From contig OZ242358.1 in the NCBI GenBank assembly GCA_965208835.1, positions 2,208,001 through 2,272,000 on the forward strand: a stretch of DNA of 64,000 nt. Direction: 5' to 3'. The notes beneath the pieces are model-generated. The model saw only the letters and a program-made list of their open reading frames with translations, had not been told where the DNA came from and searched no databases. The stretch is from Candidatus Latescibacterota bacterium. Lineage in GTDB: Bacteria; Latescibacterota; UBA2968; GCA-2709665. A program made the translations under genes and the position numbers. This document shows, piece by piece, positions 47,751-58,435 of the stretch (the first letter of the stretch is position 1; the number at the start of each line of letters is the position of its first letter).

Positions 47751-50309
47751 TTATTCCGAGATCGCGAGTGTCAATCTGGCGCTTTGAATCCTTTCGAGCC
47801 GGAACGGCCGCTCGCCCTTGCGGAGCCTGCAGAAGCCATAAAGCACGCCATTATCCACAAGAATCGGCTCAATTGAGCGGCATGATTTCCTGGCGCTGCG
47901 TTCGGCGATGTAGTTGATCTCGAGGCAGAGACGATGGTCAATGGCGTATTCAATGAGCCGGCTGATGTCACCCTCGCCGGCGGCCGGGTTGGCGCCCTTG
48001 TACTGCGAGAGCGCCTGGATGCCGTCGCGCGACGGTCTGCCTCTGATCAGCGATTCAAAAGACTGGCAACAGTCGTTCAAGGCGCCTTGAATCTCGCTAT
48101 CCGGGATGCTCCGGAGGCTCCTGCGGATCCGTTTCAGCAATCGTTTCAGGTCCTCCGGCAGGGGAACCGAACGAGCGGCGAAAGACTGAACGGCGTTTTC
48201 CAGGAATCCTGCCAGCTGCAGCAGCTCCGAACGCTTCAGCGTTATAGTGTGCTGTTCATCGTCTGCCGTTCCACTGGCGACGTTCGGCATATAGCCTCGC
48301 CGGTTCAGGGCATCCACAAGTTCCTCGATGCGCGTCGACGGATTGAGTGCGGCCGTCGTCGGGGAAAGTCGAACGCCAAGATGGGATGCGACCTTCTTTT
48401 GTACAAGGAGCTCGTCCAGCAGTTCAGGTCGTTCGCTGACCAGATAGCCGGCCGCCGGTGCGATTTCAATTTCGCCGTGCTTGTTTTCGCACTCCTGGAT
48501 CAGGGCCTCCACCATCTCAGGCAATCCGGTGGCACTGTGAGTCCGCAGAAATGACCGGAGCGAAGCGCCATCCCATCCCCTGCTCATCGCCTGGTGGACA
48601 GTCTGGGGTGAAACCCTGAATCTTGCAAGTACGTCGACCTCCTTGAGTTCCGCGATGGAAAAAAGCTGCATGTACAGAGCAGAGGACAGATCCGGCGGCG
48701 AGAGGATTTCCAGGTTTGGTTGCACGATGAACCGTCCGTTGCTCCGGGACTCCGTTTCCCCGTTGGAATTTGAACTCACGGGCTCCCGTCCGTCAAGGAG
48801 GGCCGCGCCGGGTTCGGTGAGTTTGAAGACGCCGCGGTGGTCCGGCGTGAGGGGTTCGCCGAAAGCATCGGGATTCCCCAGGACGACCAGCCCCATCCAC
48901 GTCAGCGCGGAAACGAGGATGCGTCGGAGCAGTTCGTCGCCGCCCCCGCCGACCGGGTCCCGTGAAGCCGGTGGGCGACCGTCGAGGCGGGCGAAGGATT
49001 CGGACTTGCGGGACAGCAGCGCATAAAAACGCGGATAGGATATCCAGCTGTCCTCGGGACAGCCGGCAAGACAGTCCAACAGGTCGCGGCGAAGTGCTCT
49101 GAGCGTTTCGGTCCTGTTGCGTATCCGCGTGCCGGAGCGTTCCGTGGTCCACTCATTCCAGCGGTCGGTCTCACGCCAGACTGTAAACAGCGCGTTCCGG
49201 ACGCCGAACGCACTTGAGAGCCGGTCGGCCGCGTCACCGACGAGACGCCACGCACCGGCATCGCGCTGGATGAATCCTGCCGTTTCTGCAAACAGGAGCA
49301 GGAATTCGGAATAACCCGGATCTATATGGCCCCTGTAGTATTTGCTCACGTCCCGGAGGCGCGCCCTGGAAACGCCTCCGTGTTTCAGTACACGCGGCCG
49401 TCGCTGCTCGACAAAGCCCAGAAGTGTGCACAGATTGGGTACCAGGAAGGACGTCTGCTCCCGGGTCAGCGAGGGGCCCGGCCCGGCGCTCACCACGGTT
49501 TCCTCGAACGTATCCTCGATCCGGTCGCCCAGTGCCCGAATTGCGGGTTTCAGGTCGGAGGCCAGATGCAGGTGTGTATCGGCCAGAAGTCGATCCGTCG
49601 AATGGAAAAACAGGGGTGTCTTCCAGACCATCTCTTCGAGCGCGCGAAGCCCGTCCTCACCCATGGCACTCACGACTTCGTGCTGTGTGATGGCATCGTT
49701 AGCCAGAGCAAGATCGAGAATGGCTTGTTTCGCTTCCGGCAGGTCGGCAATGTAGGCCTTCAGATGCTCAGGGTCCAGCAACCGGACGCGGATAGCGCGC
49801 GCAACAAATGCGCGTTGGGAATCATCGTTCTGACAGCCCACTTCGCTCGCGAATGCGCGAAGCAGCCCAATGGACCGAGACTGCATCAGGCGGCGGAGCC
49901 GTCCCTGATCCCGGTCCGGAAGGGGAATGGCCTTAAGGATCGGTTCCGGAATACCCACGAGACACTCGCCCGTCCCGAGAGTTTCGGCATCTTCGAAGAC
50001 CAGACCAAGTTCGGAGACCTTGTCCTGCATGGTCTGGAAGCGATGGGTGAATCCCGCGCCCAACTCGGGTATGGCGTCTTCCTTGAGGAGCTCGCCGCCC
50101 TCTGCGGCGAGATTGACGACATACTCCCGATGTTGAGGCTGAAGCGCGTTCAGTCGTTTAAGGACCAACGACGGGTTGGACAGGTGGCGGCACAACATGT
50201 CGATCTGTGCCGTCTTGTTTGCGCCGGTGTGGATCGGCAGGTCGGTTGCAGCGGCGATCCGGTGGAGCCGGTCGGTGGGCTGAAGGCTGAGTACGGCTCG
50301 CAACTTCAT
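47751..50309 (-). CDS. Helicase-associated (Helicase_C_3) domain plus C-terminal WYL domain protein
   Basis: FIVQPNLEIL..FRVSPQTVHQAM..LRSFLRTHS..LPEMV; WYL: LEINY..RSIEP..LYGFCRLRKGERPFRLERI. Confidence 0.82.
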   Translation of the reverse strand: MKLRAVLSLQPTDRLHRIAAATDLPIHTGANKTAQIDMLCRHLSNPSLVLKRLNALQPQHREYVVNLAAEGGELLKEDAIPELGAGFTHRFQTMQDKVSELGLVFEDAETLGTGECLVGIPEPILKAIPLPDRDQGRLRRLMQSRSIGLLRAFASEVGCQNDDSQRAFVARAIRVRLLDPEHLKAYIADLPEAKQAILDLALANDAITQHEVVSAMGEDGLRALEEMVWKTPLFFHSTDRLLADTHLHLASDLKPAIRALGDRIEDTFEETVVSAGPGPSLTREQTSFLVPNLCTLLGFVEQRRPRVLKHGGVSRARLRDVSKYYRGHIDPGYSEFLLLFAETAGFIQRDAGAWRLVGDAADRLSSAFGVRNALFTVWRETDRWNEWTTERSGTRIRNRTETLRALRRDLLDCLAGCPEDSWISYPRFYALLSRKSESFARLDGRPPASRDPVGGGGDELLRRILVSALTWMGLVVLGNPDAFGEPLTPDHRGVFKLTEPGAALLDGREPVSSNSNGETESRSNGRFIVQPNLEILSPPDLSSALYMQLFSIAELKEVDVLARFRVSPQTVHQAMSRGWDGASLRSFLRTHSATGLPEMVEALIQECENKHGEIEIAPAAGYLVSERPELLDELLVQKKVASHLGVRLSPTTAALNPSTRIEELVDALNRRGYMPNVASGTADDEQHTITLKRSELLQLAGFLENAVQSFAARSVPLPEDLKRLLKRIRRSLRSIPDSEIQGALNDCCQSFESLIRGRPSRDGIQALSQYKGANPAAGEGDISRLIEYAIDHRLCLEINYIAERSARKSCRSIEPILVDNGVLYGFCRLRKGERPFRLERIQSARLTLAISE

Positions 50310-50399
50310 AGACCATCCCTGAGTTCTGCGTTTTGGTGTACGGAATCGATCGCAAAAACGAAAAAACCGACTCCCCAGGTCGGTAATGTCGTCCAAAGC

Positions 50400-50428
50400 A
50401 GTATAGAATAAACAACAGGCTGTGTCAA
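50400..50428 (-). promoter_or_regulatory. Sigma70-type promoter of the WYL gene
   Basis: TTGACA-17 nt-TATACT on the minus strand. Confidence 0.72.
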
Positions 50429-50557
50429 GCCGCAATACCCGCTTCCTGTCCGTTGAGAAAGAACGGGATTTCGTACGTTCAATCCGTATATTGCCGCCGT
50501 GTCTTCCGCCATCCCGAACGGAGTCCTGCGAGTGTCCAATTTTACTACAGAGGTCCG

Positions 50558-51157
50558 ATGAACCCGCACTGCGCACAGCGTGCTGTTGCGAGGACAATAT
50601 CGGCGTTGTTCAGCCCCCCGCTTGCGGCGGGCGGTATGTCGCTCCTGCTGATTTCCCGGGTCACGGCGCCGCCGGTTCATCGCGCTGGGTGGCTGGGTAT
50701 CGCTTTGCTGTTTGTGACCTGTCTGCCGATGCTGTATGTGGGTGTTCTTGTGGCGCGCAAGAAGGTGGATGGGTTCTATATCTCGGAACGGTCCAGCCGG
50801 CAGATGCCGCTCCTGGTGAGCTCCTCGAGCTGTTTAGCTGGATTTGTCCTTCTGCGGGCCACCGGCGCGCCGCCGCCTTTGTGCGCGTTCCTGCTCAGCT
50901 ATGTCGTATTGGGGCTGGTGGCCGCCGCGACGAACGCGCGATGGAAGATCAGCCTGCACGGCGCGGGTGTGTGCGGCCCGCTCGCAATGCTCCATCATCT
51001 GCTCGGGCTTTCAACCGTATACTGGCTGCCCGTTCCACTCGCGGTTTCGTGGGCGCGCATGGCGCTTGGTGCGCACTCTTTCCCTCAGATCGCGGCGGGC
51101 TGCGGGATCGGATTTGTCGTCGTTCGGGTCGTAACAGCCCTGTATTCGTCCCACTGA
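50558..51157 (+). CDS. PAP2-superfamily-like membrane protein
   Basis: WKISLHG and WARMALGAHSFPQI motifs; multiple TMs. Confidence 0.75.
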   Translation: MNPHCAQRAVARTISALFSPPLAAGGMSLLLISRVTAPPVHRAGWLGIALLFVTCLPMLYVGVLVARKKVDGFYISERSSRQMPLLVSSSSCLAGFVLLRATGAPPPLCAFLLSYVVLGLVAAATNARWKISLHGAGVCGPLAMLHHLLGLSTVYWLPVPLAVSWARMALGAHSFPQIAAGCGIGFVVVRVVTALYSSH

Positions 51158-51228
51158 ACTCGCTCAGTCGTGTTCAGACCCGGAAACAGACCGCCGAGAT
51201 CATCGTGCATTTGACAAACTCAGCGTAA

Positions 51229-51389
51229 GAAGCTGTCTTAAAACCCCCAGCGGTCTTCGCGCGGCTGCAAAAGCGTCGGTCTGCGTTGGTCAAATCCGCC
51301 CGTATACCCAAATATGGGCGAATTTGCCCGCCTTGACCGACACATTTTCGCTCGCGCTCGGGACTCACCAGGAATTTTAAAACAGCTTC
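51229..51389 (+). mobile_element. MITE-like family A copy
   Basis: TIRs GAAGCTGTCTTAAAA / TTTTAAAACAGCTTC; TAA duplicated on both sides. Confidence 0.9.
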
Positions 51390-51414
51390 TAATGTCTGCC
51401 CCGTCTCAGGTCGA

Positions 51415-52644
51415 CTATTCCAGATAGACTTCCGTATCCTGCCAGAATGTGATCCAGGCGAACCAGAACGCGCTGTGCCCCGGAATTTGCTGCAGTACGC
51501 TGTCTTTCAGGGGACCCGCAATCGCCCGGCCCTTCAAGTCCCAGGTGGAGCGCGTCTCCCGGTCCCGCATCATAAAGGGATATGTCTGAGAGGTCGACGG
51601 AACTCTGTCGAAGACCAGGGTCCGCTGCCCGTATTTACGACTGAAGGCGGCAGCCATCTGTTCGGCGCCGAACCAGATCACCACGATGTCTCTTTCCGAA
51701 AGCACGTCATTGATCACCGCCGCGTCGCCCAGGGCGGACGCGGGGTATGCCTTTGCCTTTTCTATAAACCGAACTCCGAAAGTCAGTTCCTTCGGCGAAA
51801 AAAGTCCGGCGAGGGGGTTGTCCTCAAGACTTGGAAACACCTGGAACCGCGGCGCAGACTCAGGGTCCCGGTATGATCCATAAGGGTATGTATTATAATA
51901 ACTTGTATCGTACGCGCCCGGTGTGTTGATGCTGATAACGAACGTGTCAGGATGGATTTTCTTCCAGTATCGCCATGTGGTTTCGACGAAGGGCGGGGTA
52001 TTCAGAACCCATCCGGCCCTGACGCCCGAGATGCCCGTATGAGTCATCTGGGGATAGCGAATCTGGTCGTCATTCAAGTCGTACATGATCAGGTTGTTGT
52101 TGAAGAGTTCTCCGGATGCGCCGAACTTCAGCCGGTTGATCGCGCCGCCGCTCCACGCCGCGAATACGATGCCGCTGCCGGTGAGCGGCGAGAATGTGAC
52201 CGCGATTGGCTGCCCGCCGATACGATCGTTGACGATCTGGTGGTACCAGGCCATCTTGTGGGGGTAGGCCTTGGAGACGCCGTTGAGCCGTACGCCGATG
52301 ACAAGGTCTTCGTCCGACAAATATCGGGCTTCCGCGGAAGCAGCCGGAACAAACCTCGGGTCGATCAGGGCGCGCGTGGCGTCCTTTTGATCGGCGCGCT
52401 CGATCTTGTCGTGTGGAAATGTCAGCGGGTTGAGAAAATTTCGCCCGGTGAACCCACCCGATCCGACGCGGCTGGAGTCTGCACCGCTCCGCGCGTCGTC
52501 CTGGAGGACGGTCCTGAAGGTTTGGCCGCCTGAGCTTTCGGACTCATCGGTTGAATCGACAGGCGCCTCATTGCCGCACCCGCCGATGCACACGAGGAGC
52601 AGGGGGAGTCGAAGACCGAATGGAATTCGCGCTGTCAATGGCAT
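51415..52644 (-). CDS. DUF3179 domain lipoprotein (paralogue 2, SPLT motif)
   Basis: Lipobox IGGC; KAYPH, HQIVND, VTFSPLTGSG, SGELFNNNLIMYD, FWFAW. Confidence 0.85.
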   Translation of the reverse strand: MPLTARIPFGLRLPLLLVCIGGCGNEAPVDSTDESESSGGQTFRTVLQDDARSGADSSRVGSGGFTGRNFLNPLTFPHDKIERADQKDATRALIDPRFVPAASAEARYLSDEDLVIGVRLNGVSKAYPHKMAWYHQIVNDRIGGQPIAVTFSPLTGSGIVFAAWSGGAINRLKFGASGELFNNNLIMYDLNDDQIRYPQMTHTGISGVRAGWVLNTPPFVETTWRYWKKIHPDTFVISINTPGAYDTSYYNTYPYGSYRDPESAPRFQVFPSLEDNPLAGLFSPKELTFGVRFIEKAKAYPASALGDAAVINDVLSERDIVVIWFGAEQMAAAFSRKYGQRTLVFDRVPSTSQTYPFMMRDRETRSTWDLKGRAIAGPLKDSVLQQIPGHSAFWFAWITFWQDTEVYLE

Positions 52645-52802
52645 CACGTCGGTTTGTCTCGTGGGAGGATATCGGAAGTTTTCAATCTCCCGCGCGGGCT
52701 GGCCGGCGATACTGCGGGATGCGGGATTCCCGTTTTCGGGGTGCAAATTACCCGGCCCCGCAGAGGCGGGACCGGGCCAGGTTTATTTCGTTCTGCCAGG
52801 GC

Positions 52803-53429
52803 CTACCTGAAGAACATCGACACCCCGACCGTCGCAACGTGGCGGTTCAGGCGCCGGCCGTCGTTAAACAGCGCAATGTAAGTGTACCGGGTGGTCAGGG
52901 CCGTCCGGTTGGATATTGACCTCCTGAACCCCGCGCCTCCGCCCATTTCACTCACGCCTGCCCATCCCCAGTAGTCTTTGGCAGCGAACACCTCGAGGAA
53001 CGGGGACGTTCGCCTGTCCAAACGCAGCGGAATGTTGAGCCTGTAGAAGCCCGACAGTGAGGATCCGAATCCGTCTTCGGCTGACACGGGATATCCGGCC
53101 GTGGTCTGCACGGGCGGGACCGGCGTCGCGACGATTTCGGCTTGATCTCCAAAGCGATCGTACGCCCGGTTACCCACCACGAAGGCCCCGCCGATCTGGT
53201 GCAGCCGGCTCAATGCATAGCCTACCGACACACCGCCCCTATAGAACACTTCACCACCGTCGTTAATACCAGCCGACAGAATCGGAATAACCTCGAGGCG
53301 CCCCGCCCGAACGGGACTCAACGTCAGCCCTGTTTCATCTTCGGGCTCCTCCCCGGGGAACATTTCAGCGCGAGCCGGCGTTCCCCACATCAGCAGGCCG
53401 GCAGTCAGAAAAACGATAGCGGCATTCAT
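52803..53429 (-). CDS. Putative small outer-membrane beta-barrel protein
   Basis: Signal peptide (PARA); amphipathic strands; C-terminal GVSMFFR. Confidence 0.55.
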   Translation of the reverse strand: MNAAIVFLTAGLLMWGTPARAEMFPGEEPEDETGLTLSPVRAGRLEVIPILSAGINDGGEVFYRGGVSVGYALSRLHQIGGAFVVGNRAYDRFGDQAEIVATPVPPVQTTAGYPVSAEDGFGSSLSGFYRLNIPLRLDRRTSPFLEVFAAKDYWGWAGVSEMGGGAGFRRSISNRTALTTRYTYIALFNDGRRLNRHVATVGVSMFFR

Positions 53430-53528
53430 GGCACAGTCCTTTCGTCAAGAGGTGTACGTTTCCTGACCAGCGGACATCCTTCCGGTGACGGCTACCGGGG
53501 TTGCACACGCCGTTGCCGTCGTACAGCT

Positions 53529-53813
53529 TCAGATACATCCCGGAACGGAAGCGCCCCTGACCAGCATGGCGTCGTTGTCTTCAACCGGTCCTGTATAGCG
53601 GCATCTCGCGCTGACGTAGTGCGTGGCATAGCCCCGTCGGCGCAGGTTGGACCTGTTCGGCAAGCTGGAGTGCAGAATCAGCCCGTGGTGAAAACTGCAA
53701 CTGCCTGCCTTCAGTTCGATGGGCCGTTCTTCCGGCAGCCTGCCGTCCAGATCTTCAACAACCAGCACGCCTTCTTCCCGGAATCGAGCCACCTGCGCTT
53801 CGGACAGCTTCAT
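53529..53813 (-). pseudogene. Internally deleted PhyH-family dioxygenase (94 codons)
   Basis: PhyH N-terminus MKLSEAQVARFREEGVLVVEDL joined directly to C-terminal LKAGSCSFHHGLILHSS..NRS..RRG; central HxD motif missing; GAGG RBS retained. Confidence 0.72.
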
Positions 53814-53824
53814 CTCACACCTCG

Positions 53825-54796
53825 CTACCGAACCGTTCGTCTCACACCGAAGTCGAACTCTCTCGGAAACGCATTCCCGTGGTAGGAAAGGCCGACGACC
53901 GCCATCCAGCCGGCTGGATAGTTCCGGCCGTGGACCGAAATGTCCATTGCGGTTTCCAATGTAAACCCGCGGAACGGACCCAGGCTGATCACGGGTGAAA
54001 TATAGGAAATTTTCTTGATGTCCGACTGGATTCTCGCGCCGAAGACGGTAGCGGCTTTGCCCCTGATACCGTGGATCTTTATGCCGACCAACACCGAACG
54101 TCGCAACTGCATTCCGGCTTCCGCGAGAAAGATCCACTCATCGCCGGGGTCCCGGTCGATCTCAGCATTTCTGAGGCGAAGCCGATAGCCGAAATCGCCA
54201 TTGACGTAGAAGGGCGCGGGCCAGAAGGAGCGGCCCATTTGAACGATGGCGTCGAAGTCCCACTGTCCTTCCCCGACCGGAATCAGGCCGTCTTCATTGA
54301 CAAATTCGCCGGATGGCGCCTTGAAACCGAACTTTAACGTGCCGACGGCAGGCAGGTTCAACAGATTGACCTTGAGGAATCCGCGGAAGTCCCCGAATCC
54401 GGTCGCCCTTCGGGGTTCTCCAAAGCCGGTGAGGAGTGGCGTATCCTGGTACTCCTGCCGGAAGAAGGGAAGCTGCAGGCCGACGTCGATTCTGTCCGTC
54501 GCACCGTAGAACAGATCGAAAAACAGGGCGCGGGAACGGTACTTGCCGTTAAACCGGTACCTGGCGCGGTTCCCGACGTTGTAGACCCTTGCGGGGTCCG
54601 CCCCTCTTCCCGATCCGGACGCGCCGACGTATTCTTCGTCGGTCGTCTGGCCCAGGAAGGCAACCTTGCACCAGACGTGATTCCTGGGAAGCGTCCATGC
54701 GCCTGCGAAGACGTTCCCGGGTATCTGGCAGGCAAGGGCCGGGAGCAGTGCGACCGCGGCGAACCTGAGGATCCCTTTCTTCACGTTACGCACCAC
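53825..54796 (-). CDS. Putative outer-membrane barrel / transporter-like protein
   Basis: Signal peptide then AGAWTLP; YGATDR, GFGD, KAPSG..PVGEGQWD. Confidence 0.62.
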   Translation of the reverse strand: MVRNVKKGILRFAAVALLPALACQIPGNVFAGAWTLPRNHVWCKVAFLGQTTDEEYVGASGSGRGADPARVYNVGNRARYRFNGKYRSRALFFDLFYGATDRIDVGLQLPFFRQEYQDTPLLTGFGEPRRATGFGDFRGFLKVNLLNLPAVGTLKFGFKAPSGEFVNEDGLIPVGEGQWDFDAIVQMGRSFWPAPFYVNGDFGYRLRLRNAEIDRDPGDEWIFLAEAGMQLRRSVLVGIKIHGIRGKAATVFGARIQSDIKKISYISPVISLGPFRGFTLETAMDISVHGRNYPAGWMAVVGLSYHGNAFPREFDFGVRRTVR

Positions 54797-54901
54797 GGGT
54801 CGGGATCTGCGCTCGAGAACTGCACCATCGATATCAACGTTGCCGAAATCTTCAATGGCCCATCCAATCGGATATCGGGAGAGGTATTCCTCTCACCACG
54901 G

Positions 54902-56077
54902 TCAGGGCTCGTAGACCGCGGTGTCCTGCCAGAATGTCGCCCAGGCGAACCAGAATGCGTTGTGCGCGGGAATCTGATAGAGCTGGTTACCCTTGAGTTC
55001 GCCCGCCAGTGCCTGGCCCAGGAGGTTCCAGGTGGTCCCGGTCTCGAGGTCTCTCACCATAAAGTCAAACCGTCGATCTGTGGAAGGCACGCTCTCGAAG
55101 GTCAGCGTCAGATTGCCCAGATCTCGACTGTAAGGCAGTGCCATCCCCGCTGCGGCCTCGTAAACGACGAGGACACTTTGATCTTCGATCCTGTCGTTGA
55201 TTACGGCGCGTTCGTCTCCCATTTTCGAGAAGGGATAGGCCTTGGCAACGTCCCCGAATCGAACGCCCAGCACGATCTCCTTCGGTGGGTAATCGAAAAG
55301 GATGGGATTGTCGTCCGGATCGGGAAACAGGGGAAACATGGGCGCCGACGCCGGTTCCCGGTAGCCCGAGTAGGGGTACGTCGAATAGCGCTCCGGGCGG
55401 TACATGCCCGTCGAACCCGAACTGACGACCAGCGTGCCAGGATAGAGTCTCTTCCAGTTGCCCCAGGTGGTTTCGACCACCGGCATCAACGTGAGTTCCT
55501 GTTCGGTGCCGAAGCCCTTAATGCCGATATGGGTCATCTGTGGGTAGAGTGTGTCTTCGAAGCGACGGTCGTACATCACGAGATTGTTGTTGAACAGCAG
55601 ACCGGAAACGCCGAGTTCCAGCCGTCCGTTGCCCTCGCCCTGGCCGTCGAAGACCATTCCCGTGCCGGTGAGCGGGCATAGCGTAACAACGAGACGGCGG
55701 TCGCTCACGACGTCGTTAACGATTTCATGGTGCCAGCCGATATTGTGCGGGTAGGCCTTGGCGATGCCATTGAGGAATACCCCCAGTACGAGATCCTCGT
55801 CCAGCAGATAGGCGGCGTCCGCCGAACCCGCGAGGACAAAACCGGGGTCTGTCAGCGCGGGGATGCCGTCTTTGGCCACGCCGCCGCTGATCAGACGGTT
55901 CATGGGAAAGCTCGAGACGTCCAGAAAATTTCTTGACGGCAGAGTCGCCGTCCTGACTTCCCCGCCGTTGCTGCCGGCTTCAGCGGGAGACACAGGAGAT
56001 GGAGGCGCCTTGCCCCCGCAGGCGGTAAGTACGCCGGCAATAACGAACGGAAATGCCAGATGACGGAGAGGTTTCAT
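54902..56077 (-). CDS. DUF3179 domain lipoprotein (paralogue 1, CPLT motif)
   Basis: Lipobox LTAC; GGVAKDGIPAL, HEIVND, VTLCPLTGTG, GVSGLLFNNNLVMYDR, FWFAW. Confidence 0.88.
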   Translation of the reverse strand: MKPLRHLAFPFVIAGVLTACGGKAPPSPVSPAEAGSNGGEVRTATLPSRNFLDVSSFPMNRLISGGVAKDGIPALTDPGFVLAGSADAAYLLDEDLVLGVFLNGIAKAYPHNIGWHHEIVNDVVSDRRLVVTLCPLTGTGMVFDGQGEGNGRLELGVSGLLFNNNLVMYDRRFEDTLYPQMTHIGIKGFGTEQELTLMPVVETTWGNWKRLYPGTLVVSSGSTGMYRPERYSTYPYSGYREPASAPMFPLFPDPDDNPILFDYPPKEIVLGVRFGDVAKAYPFSKMGDERAVINDRIEDQSVLVVYEAAAGMALPYSRDLGNLTLTFESVPSTDRRFDFMVRDLETGTTWNLLGQALAGELKGNQLYQIPAHNAFWFAWATFWQDTAVYEP

Positions 56078-56325
56078 ACGTGAAGGGTCCGGTAATGGGA
56101 TCCCGTATGTGTGTTCTTCCCGGTCGTGCGCGTTCCACGGGCGTGGTCGTGTGTCTGTGCAATGAAATTTAACCAGTTTGAACCGGAAAAAAAAGTACAA
56201 TAAGGGCGAATTCCCTGTATTTTCATGGCCGGGACGGGGATTGTGCGCCGGCTTTGGTCGATCCGGCCCGCAGAACAGGCAGGCCGATGTCAATCCTGGC
56301 GGAAATGGGATTCACACCATAGTTC

Positions 56326-56354
56326 TTGCTTTTGCAACGAACCGTGTCTAAATT
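56326..56354 (+). promoter_or_regulatory. Possible sigma70-type promoter of uvrB
   Basis: TTGCTT-17 nt-TAAATT. Confidence 0.5.
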
Positions 56355-56404
56355 ATCTATACATTTGGTCACTGTTTTTCGGCTGTTAGCGTGTCACGAG
56401 GTCG

Positions 56405-58417
56405 ATGATGAAGCGTTTTCAGGTCCAGGCGCCGTTTGAGCCCGCGGGCGATCAGCCGGAGGCCATCGCCGAATTGAGCGACGGCATTCAACGGGGCCAC
56501 CGGTTTCAGACCCTTTTAGGCGCCACCGGAACGGGCAAGACGTTTACGATTTCGAAGGTCATCGAGGCCGTACAGATGCCAACCCTCGTTATTTCGCATA
56601 ACAAGACGCTTGCGGCTCAGCTGTATGGTGAATTCAAGACGTTTTTCCCGGACAACGCGGTGGAGTATTTCATTTCCTATTACGACTATTATCAGCCCGA
56701 GGCATATAAGCCCGTGACGGATACCTTCATTGAAAAGGAAGCCGATATCAACGATGAGATCAACCGGCTCCGCCTGCGAGCGACGAGCGCGTTGATGGAG
56801 CGTCAGGATGTTATTATCGTTGCCAGCGTATCCTGCATTTACGGGATTGGCAATCCGGAAGAGTACGAAGGCATGCACGTCATGATCGACCGGGGGGACA
56901 GGGTGGACCGGGACGAACTGCTTCGCCGGCTGGTGGACATACACTACACGCGTAACGACGTTGATTTCGGCCCGGGGACGTTTCGGGTGCGCGGCGACGT
57001 GGTGGAGATCTATCGACCCGACAGGGACGATCCGGTACGCGTCGAATTCTTCGGGGACGAAGTGGACGCGATCAGTCTGGTGCAGCCTGTAACGGGAGAA
57101 GTGCTGGATAAGCGCGAACGGGCGGCGATTTATCCGGCGCGGCATTTCGTGACCAGCGGCCAGCGGATCGAGCAGGCCATCTGGCAGATCGAAATCGACA
57201 TGGCGGCGCAGCTGGAGGCGTTCAAGGGCCAGGGAAAATTGCTGGAGGCCCAGCGGCTGGAGACCCGTACGCGGTACGATATCGAAATGATGCGCGAGAT
57301 CGGCTACTGCGCCGGAATCGAAAACTACTCAAGATACATCGACGGTAGGGAGCCCGGTCAGCCGCCCCACGTGCTGCTGGATTATTTCCCGGAGGATTTT
57401 CTGATCGTCATCGACGAGTCGCACGTGACGCTGCCTCAGATCCGGGGGATGTGGAACGCCGACCGATCGCGCAAGTCGACGCTGGTGGAACACGGATTCA
57501 GGCTGCCCGCCGCTCTGGACAACCGTCCGCTGTATTTCGAGGAATTCGAAGGCAAGATAAAATCGGCGGTTTTCATGTCCGCCACGCCCGCGGACTATGA
57601 ACTCGAAGCGACGGAAGGAATCGTGGTCGAACAGATCATCCGGCCTACGGGCGTTCTGGATCCGGAGATGCTGGTGCGCCCTGTACGCGGACAGGTGGAC
57701 GATCTAATCGACGAGGTCCGGGAGCGGGTGGCCCGCAGCGAACGCGTGCTGGTGACCGCGCTGACCAAGAGAATGTCCGAGGACCTGGCGGAATATATGC
57801 GGGATCTGGGTATACGCGCCCGCTACATGCACTCGGAAATTGACTCACTCGAACGCGTCGATATCATCAGGGGACTGCGGCTGGGCGAATTCGACGTTCT
57901 GGTGGGTGTGAATCTGTTGCGTGAGGGGTTGGACCTTCCTGAAGTGTCCCTGGTGGCGATCCTGGATGCGGATAAGGAAGGATTTCTGCGCTCGACGCGT
58001 TCGCTGATCCAGACGGCGGGGCGTGCCGCCAGAAATCTGGCCGGCCAGGTCATCTTGTACGCGGACGATATGACGGACTCGATGCGCCGGGCAATCGATG
58101 AAACCGACCGCAGGCGCAGGGTGCAGCAGGCATACAACGATCGACTGGGTGTTGTGCCGCAGACGGTCTACAAGAGCCGGGATGAGATCCTTCAGACGAC
58201 CGCTGTCGCCGATGCCAGGCAGGAGGAGGCGCCGATTGCGGCAGAGGAGACGTCGGGGTACGAGGCGGGTACCGACCCGTCGGACGTGATTGCGGAACTC
58301 GAGGACAAGATGGCCAGGGCCGCGGCGGAACTGGCGTTCGAACAGGCGGCGGAATACCGGGACCGGATCAACCAGCTGAAATCGGGCATGAAGGGGGTCT
58401 CGGATGACGCCGCGTAG
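56405..58417 (+). CDS. uvrB: Excinuclease ABC subunit B
   Basis: [44 protein letters not shown] domain. Confidence 0.98.
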   Translation: MMKRFQVQAPFEPAGDQPEAIAELSDGIQRGHRFQTLLGATGTGKTFTISKVIEAVQMPTLVISHNKTLAAQLYGEFKTFFPDNAVEYFISYYDYYQPEAYKPVTDTFIEKEADINDEINRLRLRATSALMERQDVIIVASVSCIYGIGNPEEYEGMHVMIDRGDRVDRDELLRRLVDIHYTRNDVDFGPGTFRVRGDVVEIYRPDRDDPVRVEFFGDEVDAISLVQPVTGEVLDKRERAAIYPARHFVTSGQRIEQAIWQIEIDMAAQLEAFKGQGKLLEAQRLETRTRYDIEMMREIGYCAGIENYSRYIDGREPGQPPHVLLDYFPEDFLIVIDESHVTLPQIRGMWNADRSRKSTLVEHGFRLPAALDNRPLYFEEFEGKIKSAVFMSATPADYELEATEGIVVEQIIRPTGVLDPEMLVRPVRGQVDDLIDEVRERVARSERVLVTALTKRMSEDLAEYMRDLGIRARYMHSEIDSLERVDIIRGLRLGEFDVLVGVNLLREGLDLPEVSLVAILDADKEGFLRSTRSLIQTAGRAARNLAGQVILYADDMTDSMRRAIDETDRRRRVQQAYNDRLGVVPQTVYKSRDEILQTTAVADARQEEAPIAAEETSGYEAGTDPSDVIAELEDKMARAAAELAFEQAAEYRDRINQLKSGMKGVSDDAA

Positions 58418-58435
58418 GCGGGAAGATCGACTGGG

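Noticed and set aside
52170-52200. Selenocysteine codon in DUF3179 paralogue 2
   Set aside because: The codon is TCG (Ser); neither paralogue has an in-frame TGA
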